NCBI RefSeq assembly: GCF_006345805.1 | Contig: NC_043020.1 | Span: forward strand, 24,428,001-24,492,000 | Length of the DNA: 64,000 nt | Direction: 5' to 3' | DNA from: Octopus sinensis | Taxonomy: Eukaryota | Shown: positions 52,100-64,000 of the stretch, one piece after another | Layout: every line of letters starts with the position of its first letter | How positions within the stretch are numbered: position 1 is the first letter of the stretch | Notes under the pieces: generated by a model | What the model was told of the DNA's origin: nothing | Database searches by the model: none | What the model saw: only the letters and a program-made list of their open reading frames with translations | Position numbers and translations under genes: made by a program

Positions 52100-52660
52100 A
52101 AAACAGTAAAATGCATTTTAAATGGTATTTGACTGTTGTTGTTAGCATTGCTCATGGATATTGCCAGCGATGACGAATACGTCGGTGTTGTGGTTCCAGG
52201 AGCGATGGGGGTTGAGGTCAAGTCGTTTTTTTTTTATGTGAGTTTAAATGTCGAACAAGGAAGGGGTAGGGTCGGTGGCGATGGAAAAAAAGGAAGAGGA
52301 CGACGACGACGACAACGATGATGATGATGATGATATGATGATGATGATGATGATGCAGAGGAGGGGGACGAGGAGGAAATGACGAAGTTTACAACAGTTG
52401 GAGGAAGGGTTAGAGGATGAGAAAGCCAAGTCTCCGAAAACGATGCATGAGCTTGCAAATGGTGACAGTTGCGGAAGCGGTGTCAGGAAGGGGGGGAGTG
52501 AGCATGGGTGGGGGAAGAAAGAGAGTGGGGCTGGGGGAGTTAGACAACGGAGGAAAGGAGGGCAGGTGGGGAGAGCTGGGTTGTTCAGTTGGTTGGGCGA
52601 TGGCTGATTGGTGGCGCGTCAGTTGAGGATCTGTTGGTGCTGTTGTGTCGCGCATGGCTT
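52100..52660 (-). promoter_or_regulatory. Candidate promoter and 5' leader of a minus-strand gene
   Basis: Minus-strand ccaccaatcagcc (NF-Y-like CCAAT box, 52603-52612) next to TGACGC, in a locally GC/CpG-richer non-SINE segment. It is followed on minus by a pyrimidine-rich leader and several ATGs. Motifs only. Confidence 0.2.
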
Positions 52661-53168
52661 ACAACTCTAAGGGCATTACATACATACATACATACATATA
52701 TATATGTGTGTGTGTATGTGTGTGTGTGTGTGTGTGGCGAGTGTGTGCATATTTATGAGAGAATGTGTGAGTTAAGGGTGGGAGGGTTGGAGGAGGAGGA
52801 GGAACGGGCAGGATGGGAAGGTGTGAAGAGAGACGAAGCGAGAAAATCAAGCGACATTCCACACTGGATGAGTAACATTCCTTCATACAATGGGAGCTTA
52901 GAGATGAGATATTGAAGTGATGGAGTGCAGCGCTTTCATGACGTAGAGGTGCGTGTGTGTAAGTCCGTGTGTACACGTGTGTGTGTAAGTATATATGTGT
53001 GTGTGCGTGTATTTATTTGCGAATATGTATTTACATATATATCCTTACGCATATATTTAGTTATTGTATCCATGTATGTATGTTCATATGTATATATGCT
53101 CATGTATATACATATACACATGCACGATATAGTCACACACACACACACACACCACACATATATATATA

Positions 53169-53216
<48 letters not shown>

Positions 53217-55484
53217 TACACATACATCTATAGATATACATACAACTATACATAAATATACACATGTACGCACATACATATACACACTAACTTATAACTA
53301 CACATACAAACATTGCATACATTGATACATATACGCGCATATACATACACATATAAGAACACGACATACACAGGTGCAATTACACAATTTATGCATATAC
53401 GTATGTATATACCTACAGAGTGCTCGTTTATATAAGTGCACACATACGTACGTACATACATATGTAAATGTCTAATATATGCACGCATGCATATGTACAC
53501 TGGCAGCGTAGAAACAATTATTTTCCTGTGTACACAAGCTTCACATGAGACGGACAGATATAAAATGATGTTGAGACGCAAAACATACACAAAAGAGGTT
53601 GAGAAGGCAAGGGAAAGAACTGCGATACGACGCTTGTGAGATCTGAGCAAATAAGAGAGAGAGAGAGAGAGGAGGGGGAGAGCGTAGACGGGGAAGGTCG
53701 TTTATTGAAATCAGGGCAAAGAGTGGAACGTGAGTTAGCTGGAAGCAATGTGGAGAAATAAGGGGGAGACGGGGAGGAGGGCAGCAGCCATTTTGCCGGT
53801 TCCGTCGTCTTCTGGTTGATTTGATCCCCTTTGCATGTCATCTGCCACCGTCCCTGGCGTCCATTTCTGCATGTCTGTCTCTCTCTCTCTCTTCTCCTCT
53901 CTGTCTGTCAGTGTGTCAGTCAGTGTGTCAGTCTGTCTGTCAATGTCTGTCAGTCTGTCTCTCTCTTCCTCTCTCTCTCTCTCTCTCTCTCTGTAGTCCT
54001 CCGTCACTCGAAGTCTTTATCATTCTCTCTTTCTTCAATACTGCACCTCTCTCTTCCTTCCTCTCTCTCCTGTTACACTTTCCCTTCCTCGCTTTCTCTT
54101 TCCCTCTTCTCTTCACACACACACGGTCTCTCTCTCCCTCATTTTATCACCTTATCTTCTGTATTTGTCAATCGGGTTCTTCTATATTAGGCTGAAGTGG
54201 TTGTGGCGATGGTGATGGTGGTGGCACTGGCGATGGCGGTGCTGGTACTAACGGTTGTAGTGGTGATGGTGAGGTGGGTGCTGGTGGTCGTGGTGGCGCT
54301 GGTGGTAGTGGTAAGAGTAATGGTGATAGAGATGGCAGCAGTCGTTCAAAACTTTCCTTCGCAGATTTCGCCTTTTCTCTAATAACTTTTGCTTAACCGC
54401 AACCACCACCACCACCACCACCACCACCACCCAAGCCACTTACAATATGACATCAACTGACACCAACACTGTCATCACCACCATCACCACCACTACCAAT
54501 ATTGCAACCACTATCACAACTGCAGCTACAACCATTTCTACTACCACCCAAACTACTACAGCGGCAACCACAACCATCAACACCACTACTACTGAAACAA
54601 CTACAAAGAAGACCACCACAACCAACATCACCACCACCCAAAACTACTATGACCACTACCACACTACTATCAATACTACTGCTACCACTACTACATCAAC
54701 CAGCACCAGCACTACCATTACCGCCATAACTACCACCGCACTTCATGAACCACCTCCACTACTACCACTACTGGTGACACCCCGTGACCACCACGACAAC
54801 CAAAATTAAACAACTCCAACGCAATCAAAAACCTCCACTGCTGTCACCACCACCGCTTTACCCCGCACCTCTACCCCCCCCCCCCACCATCACCCCCCAT
54901 CATCGGCACCACCACCATCGCCAAATCCCCCTCAAATGACAGAGTCTTAGGAAATAAGGCAATGCATAAAAACCATAATGGGTTCCTTGCTCAAAAGGAA
55001 TCAGGCGTGATGGGCATGATGAGAATGGTTTCCATTGTACGTCTGCTCGCTCGAGGCTAACCTGGGGTTAAATAACGACGAGAAGAACGGCAACGCTAAA
55101 CACCAACAGAAAAGTAAATGAAGGAGGCTTCGTGTGGTCGTTCGATCTGCTAGGAATAGCAGTCAAATCTCACACAAACACAAAAAACCTGCTGCGAAAG
55201 CATGACGACAAATCGTATAAAGCAATTCCACATAACCATAAAAAGACGGGATGGTCGTGGCAGGAATCGCGTTGATCTGCTCTATGAGGATTGAGCATGG
55301 GGCTATACGACAACAGCAACCAAAACCCATCACCACTGCCGCCATCATCGTCTCCACGACCAGCGCCACCAACAACAAGAGCGACCACCGCTTCTCACCA
55401 TTCAATTCACCTCCAACGATTTATAAATGAATTCTTCAAATACAACTGCCGCTTTTCATTCTTTTATATATATGCATTTTATTA

Positions 55485-55636
<152 letters not shown>

Positions 55637-57269
55637 CAACATAATATATGTGTGAGGGAAGAAAATTTCATTTAAATTTGGGAGTTATATATATATGAAA
55701 TGTTGGCGTGTATCTATGCATGCATACAAGCAAATCATGCAGATATACACACGCCAAATATATATGCCGGGCGTGTATGTATGGCATTTGTCTACCTATG
55801 TAATAAAAATCGCATCCTCCTCTCGCACCCCGTTCCTTACAGTTTACAGAACACACATACAAATACACACACACACACACACACACACAGATATTGAAAC
55901 CGTTTCTTTCTTTGCATTTTATCTTTATTTTATGTATTTATTTTATCATTGTTTTCATGATTTCCGTGAAAGAAAAATAATAAGAAAAAAATGACAAAAA
56001 AATAAAGATAGTAAATAAAAATATCCTTCGAAAAACAAAACTAAAAACAAAAATATGAAATGATTTTTTTCTTTTTTTTTAAGACTGAAAATAGAGGAAA
56101 ATAAATGAAATAGTTGTGCGTCTTTGATGTCTGCTATTCAATTAAACTTGACATCGAGATGTTTTCATTTACAGATCTAAGATCATCCAGCTCCACCACC
56201 ACCACCACCACCACCACTATCGTCCATCGTCATCGCCAGAGCGGCGGCGACGACGACGACAACAGCAATAACAGCAACCACCCCAGAATTCTATCATTAT
56301 TGACAACAACTATTGAAATTGCAGCTTAAACAGCGAAAACAACATAGCAAAACATAAGTAATACAAGAGGGAAAAGAAGCGATGTTTTTGTGTCGACGCA
56401 TAAAACCAGCGCAGAGATAGATCCATTGAGAACAAGGAATAAAATAAAAGGAAAGGAGAAAAGCGACGCAGAAACTATGAGAGAAGATGCTACTCTAGCG
56501 AAAATATGCGATTATTGAAGTGACTAGGGGAATTTGTGCATTGTAAAAGCTAACCTTTGCTTAACGTAGCTCGTAAAATATCGCTAAAATGAAACGAGTA
56601 TTATTGTTAACTGTTGGGAAGAGTGTGAAGAGAGATTTGGAAGCTAGTTGCGGGATTTACTTGTGGTTAAGGCGATCGTCTTCGTAAAGGAAAACAATAC
56701 AGTGTAGAATGGTGTGAGAAAAGATCGGTTTAACTAGATATATTGTACTTGTATAATACAGCGAAGAGTGGTTAGAACCTCGGGGATAATAGTTTGCGTT
56801 ATTACTTCCTAATCTTTGCGTTCCGAGTTCACTTCCCACCATGGTTAAATTTGTTTTCCGCCCATTTTGTGGTGGACGTAAAAGGAGGAAGAGTTAGAGT
56901 GAAGGGGATTCTGGTACCCGTTCCAGCTTCGGTGTTCTGAGAATAACGTCGGTGCCAAGTTGATGATGCTCAGCTGGTTTGGTTTACTGTTCATTTGATT
57001 AACATGGGTGACATGGAAAGAGGGGCTGACATCAGAATCTTCTGTCTTTCCACACAAACACACACACACGTAAACGTTTTCATTATTTCACTCTAAATTC
57101 TAACTTTTACCTGTTTCAGGCGCCCAATTTTTTCTTGTTTTTAGCCAGGTATTTATTCCATCGATCTCTTTTTGACGAACATTTACGAACTAACATCTGT
57201 AATAGGACGGACACACACACACACACAATACATATATATAAACAAGTTCCTCAAACCCATGCGGGGCGT

Positions 57270-57481
57270 TGGGGCGCTGCGGCCATGCAGCATATCTTCG
57301 ACGAGAAAGCCTGGCAGAGTCCATCCCTCTCCAGGCTGAACTCATTTTTGCCAGCTGAGTGGACTGGAGCAACGTGAAATGAAGTGTTTTGCTCAAGAAT
57401 ACAATAGCTCGCCCGGTCCAGGAATTGAAACCACAATCTTACGGTCGTGAATCCAGTACCCTGACCACAAAACCACACGCC

Positions 57482-57483
<2 letters not shown>
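57270..57483 (-). mobile_element. SINE family C
   Basis: ctcatttttgccagctgagtggactggagcaacgtgaaatgaagtgttttgctcaag...accacacgccttc. Confidence 0.82.
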
Positions 57484-57564
<81 letters not shown>

Positions 57565-57743
57565 TCACACATACCCAATTGGCTTCTAATAGTTTCCGTC
57601 TATCAAATCCACTGACAAGGCTTCGGTCGGCTATAGTAGAAGGTGCCACGCAGTAGGACTGAACCTGGAATCATGTGGTCGAGAAGCAAACTTCTTACCA
57701 TGCAACCAACACCTAAATGTAATACGATTTTACATATAAGTGT

Positions 57744-58080
57744 AGGAATGGCTGTGTCGTAGTAGCTTGCTTAACAACCGCATGGTTTCGGGTTCCTTCC
57801 CACTGCGTGGCACCTTTGACAAGTGTCTTCTACTATAGCCTCGGACTGACCAAAACCTTGTGAGTGGATTTGGTAGACGGAAACTGAAAGAAGCCCGTCG
57901 TCTATATGTATCAATATCGCTTGACAACCGATACTGGTGTGTTTACGTCCCCGTAACTTAGCGATTCGGCAAAAGAGACCGATAGAATAAGTACTATGCT
58001 TACAAAGAATAAGTCCTGGGGTCGATTTGCTCCACTAAAGGCGGTGCTCCAGCATGGTCACAGTCAAATGACTAAAAGAG
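57744..58080 (+). mobile_element. SINE family B, near-complete copy
   Basis: tRNA-like head ggaatggctgtgtcgtag...gggttccttcccactgcg, body ending gaagcccgtcg, short TA/TG linker, 3' part ending gcagtc/cacagtcaaatgactaaaaga. Confidence 0.85.
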
Positions 58081-58663
58081 TATAACTTAAATATATTTTT
58101 ACTGGTTTTTAAACTTGACACTTATCCCATTGGTCTGTTTAGACAAATCCGTAAGTTACGGATATGTAACTTATCGAATTTGGTTGTCAAGCGGAATGGG
58201 CGGGCTGGGTGGGGTGGTGGGACAAGCACAAAGGAAAACACACACGTATACGACGGGCTTCCACATAGTTTCCGTCTAAATCTCGATGCTATACTAGAAG
58301 ACATTTGACCAAGGTGCTAGACAGTGGGAATGAACCCCAAACCATATGATTACAAAACATGTGCCAACGGCTATTATGATTTTATATAGAGAATATGAGG
58401 AGATTTTGTCGGAATGATTCAAACTAATAGGAATGCATTCTGGACACCAAAATTCCAGTCAGAACAGCCGTGGAAGTTGTGGTTCTGTGAATGTCTTGTT
58501 CAAAAGCGGTTATAGGTGGCATCTCTTTGAGTCAGTAGGTAACCTATAATTTCATATATAATTTTATTATATATAACTATAATAATTTTGTAAATAATCT
58601 TTCGAGATACAACAAATAAGATCAGAAATGCAAAAATGACAAAATGAGAAACAACAACAACAC

Positions 58664-58724
<61 letters not shown>

Positions 58725-59501
58725 TAATAAATAAATAAATAATAGTTATTGATTGCGCCGAAACTGACCGATCAATATTATAGTGAAATCTTTCTCAAGA
58801 TCTTTGTTTTGGTTTTACTTTAACGAAAACCTTGAAACAGACAAAAGCAAAAGAAAGCGAAAAATGTTTTTTTTTTTTCTAGTTAGTTGCTTGACCTGTT
58901 CGATATATTTCCTAAATCTTTAACGATAAACACCTGAATCCGTTTAAAAATGAAACGGACCGCCATTTTAAGTCGCCTAAACTGAAAGAGGTTGTAGTAG
59001 CGAGAAGTGGTGGAGGTTTACTCTGTTCTGTCATACGAATATATTGTATACACCCAGACACATTCAAATATACATACACAAAAATGAGACGAGATAAGAG
59101 AAAGGAACAACACTTGAACTGAAGAACCAAGGAATCATGGGAAGAGTCAGCCATCTTCCGCTTCTCCCCCTCTATCTCTCAGAATCAGTGTGTGTGGGTG
59201 GGGGCGGCGGCGTGTGGTGTGTGTGCGTTTGTGAGTTTGTGTGTGTGTGTGAGTTTGTGTGTGTGTGTGTGTTTGCGTATGTGTGTTTGTGTGGTGTGTG
59301 TATGTGTTTGTGTAGTGTGTGTTTGCGCGCGCGCATGCGCGTGCGTGTTAATCAATATCTTGGGCGAATGAACCTGTAGTTTCGATTTAATAATTAGTTT
59401 TCGAGAGAAATCTTAGGTAACAGACGATGCGACTTTTGAAATATTTAATTAATTAATGTTATATTAGATATATGCTCATATAGATTTAGAGTTCAGGAAA
59501 T

Positions 59502-59790
59502 GGAGCCGGGTGTCTTAGTGGTTAGGATAGTCTGCTAACGATTATTAGGTCGCAAGTTCGATTCCTTGTGACGCATTGCATCCTTGAGCAAGATACTTTA
59601 TTTCACTTTGCTCCACTCCACTCAGATAGCAAAAATGAGTTGTAGCTGTAATTCAAAGGAGCTAACCTTATCACATTCTGTGTCAGGCAGAATTTCCCTG
59701 ACAACTACGTGTCTGTGGAGTGCTCAGCCACTTGCACGTTAACTTCATTAGAGAAAGTGGAAACCTCGTCGTCGTAAGCAACGGAGTACC
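59502..59790 (+). mobile_element. SINE family C
   Basis: ggtgtcttagtggttagg head, gttcgattcc B box, ccttgagcaagatactttatttcactttgctccactccactcag centre. Confidence 0.8.
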
Positions 59791-60091
59791 AGTTTTAGAT
59801 AGGTCACCATCAGGGAGAGCCCCGAGAGCTCCAGGCCCAACATTTCCTGTCAAGCTGAAGTTATGCGCGTTGTAAACTACACAATAAAAGTCCACGTTGT
59901 ATCTTTATTGTTTCATATCGAATGTCTTTCACGCAATGGTCTCAACATTTATATAAACAGTCTATGGCAGATACTGGTGTATTATGTATATATATTGAGA
60001 GTATGAAAAATATATTCCTATACTTCTTAATTACATTAGGTATATATAAATATACATGCATACACACATATATTCATACATACATATATTT

Positions 60092-60124
<33 letters not shown>

Positions 60125-61172
60125 CATGTATGCATAGATATATACATATACACAGAGATATAAACATATACACACAGTCACCTATATACATGGTTGCTTA
60201 TACACGCATATACATACATACCTGCATACATATACATATTTATATACAGGTAATGTATATCTATATAACCAAACTTCTGTTATTACGCTAAATAGATTTA
60301 ACTCTGAGATATTTTCAGACATCAATACACAACTGAAGATAATATTTTCGTGTATTCCTTTGAGTTCTAGAAAAATCCTTTAACATAAGGAGTTATTATT
60401 ATTACTATCATCATCATTATTATTACCATTACTATTATTGTTGTTTTCATGTATTTTTTCCAGTGAGAAGGCATAATAACAATAATAATTTCCTAAGTGC
60501 TTCTTAAAATATTTTGCTGTCTAATTTCGAATACCAAATTTTATCTCTAAAGAATTTTTATAAATCTAGGAAGTTGTAGCAAAAGCAGACTTCTGATTTC
60601 GTTTCAACATTTGAAACTTACTTAATTCTGGTTTAAAACAAAAAAAAAAATGTCCTCGATGAACGGGAAAAAATACGTAGGAATTTATTTGCCCTTCACA
60701 CAATTATCAGGAATATACATACATACAAGCCTAGATATGTAACTATATGCCTGAGAGTACATACATAAAGCAAAACATACAAATCTGCACACACATACAC
60801 ACACATATATTTATATACATAGAAACACACATTACATGCATGCATACATACATACATACATACATACATACATACATACATGCATACATACATACATACA
60901 AACAAGACTACCCTACTGTCCATGTTGAAATTCCAATGAAGGAGCCTTGGATCTAGGTTAGAAACCGGTTCTTTCTCTATTGGCAAGAAATCTTGAATTA
61001 AAACTGAACAATGACATACATACAAACATACACACATGCATATATACATATATGCACACATGCATATATACATACATATATACACACACACATACATACG
61101 CATGCGCACATACATGTATGCATGCATTCATTCATACAAGTACGGCTCATATAATTTTATGTACATTATATC

Positions 61173-61422
61173 CTTTACTTGTTTCAGTCAGTAGACTGTA
61201 GCCATGCTGGAGCATCGACTTAAAGGATTTCAGTCAAATGACTCGACCCCAATACATTTTTTAAGGCCTGTTAGTCTATCGTTCCGTTTTTGCCGAACCG
61301 CTAAGATACAGGGAAGTAAACAGACCAACACCGGCTGTCACGCGATGGTGGGACACACACACACACACACACACACACTACACACACACACACACACTAC
61401 ACACACACACACACACACACAC

Positions 61423-61495
<73 letters not shown>

Positions 61496-61580
61496 TAACG
61501 ATCTTTTTTCCTGTTTCCACCTATCAAATTCACTCGCAAGGCTTTAGTCGGTTCAATATCCGCTATATACAACAGAAGCA
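61173..61580 (-). mobile_element. SINE family B with an expanded internal (TA)n(TG)n tract
   Basis: The reverse complements of the 3' part (61173-61354) and the head/body (61505-61580) of the 57744-58080 copy flank a ~140-bp CA/TA microsatellite. Confidence 0.8.
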
Positions 61581-62449
61581 GTAATTAGATTAAAATAGCC
61601 ATAATACACACTTACTGATTCTAATCAAATAGTATTTCTGTTGCATATAAAGAATCTTTGTTCAGATGGGCACCTAATCGCAACCTCAGTGCTTTTTTCA
61701 ATTACTGTTTTCCCTCCATATTAATAGCTGCGGACTTTGTCTTAGCATGCGGCTGGGCAGATAGTGGGTACATGCTAGTGACAAAGCCCAAAGAGGTAGA
61801 AATGTAACTCAAGCATTCTCACTGCTGCTGCTGCTGGAAGACTTTCGTCTGCTACTGATATAGCTTTGTGTTTTTTAACACAGTGCGTCCATATGAGATA
61901 TTATCCCTGGATGAATACTGCAGCAAATTTGCCTTTTCGCAATGTATTTTTATTAAATACGATAAGCGGATTGTTATGTTTCGATATGAATGGCTACGAT
62001 AAATGGAAATAATTATGGGTTTGTTTTCAAATATGAATTCTCAGAGATGAATACTATTTCAGCCTGTTTCCTGTGAGTTTTCTAAAAATCCTTTTACACA
62101 TGAACGATTTCATTGTTACTGCCAGATATTTTGTCCAGTTTCAATATATATCCATGGGTGTGCCTGTGTGCCTATTTATGCACATGTATATTATATACAT
62201 ACACACACACACACGTGTACATACAAATACATACACACACGCACATACATTTATATACATTCACACACATACACACATATATGCATGTACATACATACAC
62301 ACATATATACTTGCACATACATACACTCGCATATATATATATACATACATACATACATTTTAAAGCTAGATATATACATACACAAGCGTGTGTAGTTATG
62401 CATGTATGTCTATTTTCCCTTTTGTCTTCCCTCCTTTTACATCAATTTC

Positions 62450-62524
62450 ATACGTCTCTCTCTCACTTCCTCTCTCTCCCTCTCTCTCTCTCTCTCTCCC
62501 TCTCTCTCTCTCTCTCCCTCTCTC

Positions 62525-62555
<31 letters not shown>

Positions 62556-62635
62556 CGCTCGATTTTTCTCCTCCTCTTTTTTCTTCAAATTCGTTCTTTT
62601 CTCTCTCCTTCCTTCTCTCAATCACATTTTCCTTG

Positions 62636-62666
<31 letters not shown>

Positions 62667-62787
62667 TTCTGATTTTCATCTGCATTTACTGTCGCATGTT
62701 CCTCTTCCTCTCCCCTTAACGTCTCTCCATTGTTCATAATCCTTCTCCCGACAACCTGTCTCGTTACTCTCTTCCTCCACACACACA

Positions 62788-62830
<43 letters not shown>

Positions 62831-63190
62831 TTTCTCATATACATTTACACCCACAAACATATACAAACTCTGTCTTACCCGAGCTATCTTATATACATTT
62901 ACATACACACACAAAAACATACTCACTCACTGTCTATCGCTCCCTACTCTTCCTCTACCTCCCTCCCTCCCTCCCTCTCTCTCTCTCTCTCACTTGTTTT
63001 CTTATATTCCTTTATACATACACACCTACCTATATCATTTCCTTTCAACCTCTGTACTTCTTGAACTCTTACTCACTCTCTCACTCATTCTCTATCCCAC
63101 ACTCTCTTTCTTTCTCTACCAACCAGTCTCTTTCTCTCTCTCTCACTCTCTCTCTCTCCCTCTCATCTTCCTCTTGCTGCCCCTTTTCGT
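62450..63190. repeat. (CT)n and pyrimidine-rich tract
   Basis: Direct reading. CCC interruptions recur every 18-20 nt at 62470-62540. Confidence 0.9.
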
Positions 63191-64000
63191 TTTATATCTC
63201 CAGGCACAAATCCTCTCACTCAAGCTTTGAACTTTAACACCATTTCAGAATAAAAGAGTTAACCCATCTCATACCAACATCTCAGCACTTCAGTTCCCAC
63301 TTATCCGTGTTCCGCCAGCGCCACCGCCAGTACCATTCAAACCTCCACCCCACAAACTCCTCCACAAGAAGGCAGCGTGGGGGTGTTATTTTTTCACCCT
63401 CCGGCTAAACTATAAGACAGATCAGATGGAACATTCGAGATCTCAAGTGCTACTTGCACATTGTTTTTGCTTTTCGAAATGTATTGTAATGTGTGTGTGT
63501 GGTGTGTGTGTGTGTATGTGTGTTAGAAAGGGTGTCAGGGTGGGGTGTTGTAGGGGTGGGCTGGTGCTCTTTTCTTTCTTCATTTGCTTCGAAAATACTC
63601 GCAGAATGGAAGCGATAAGTGGCTTTGGAATAGACAAATAAACATAAGATGGCGGCGGCGGTGGTGGTGGTAGCGGTGGTGGTGGTGGTTGGTGATGTGG
63701 GCGATAATAGTGATGATGATGAAGATGATGATCCATATGTTGGTGGTGATGATGGTGTTAATGATGATGCTTTTGCTGATATTGATGGTGATGGTCTCTA
63801 AAATACGAAATCGTTAACTTCTGCTCCGATATCATAAGAAAGACACACCCACACAGAAGAACATTATACACACACACACACACACACACACATACACACA
63901 CACACACACAGAAGCAGAAATATACACATACAACGACATACACATACCCTTCTCTCCTTCCCACACACGCAATGCGGAAAATAAATAGAAAGAGCCTCAA

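Noticed and set aside
54447-54809. Thr-rich mucin-like ORF
   Set aside because: Cryptic ACC/ACT repeat, open on both strands, with similar tracts elsewhere in the window. No signal peptide or splice sites.

Overview
Eukaryotic, AT-rich, microsatellite-saturated genomic DNA, most likely an octopus or other coleoid cephalopod. This is an inference from the SINE families and repeat density, not a database match. Almost all six-frame ORFs are artefacts of (TA)n, (CA)n, (ATT)n, (GATA)n and (GGT)n tracts. The only supportable host coding sequence is a minus-strand fasciclin (FAS1)-domain gene, seen as two phase-compatible exons (19413-19567 and 16624-16687); most of the window is probably intronic or flanking. 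The rest is a transposon landscape: three recurrent tRNA-headed SINE families, 3' fragments of CR1/L2-like, RTE-like and R4/Dong-like LINEs, a piggyBac-type MITE, a tandem mariner MITE and two Penelope-like elements (PLEs). The most striking object is the PLE at about 30.36-32.83 kb. Its reverse transcriptase and GIY-YIG endonuclease lie on opposite strands, joined head-to-head by an (ATT)n tract, with ~180-bp inverted arms and an intact-looking type I hammerhead ribozyme. A second, dispersed family of minimal hammerhead-like motifs has a non-canonical CCGANGA core. There is one 100-N gap. No rRNA, true tRNA or CRISPR array was found. SINE and microsatellite boundaries are approximate, read by eye.
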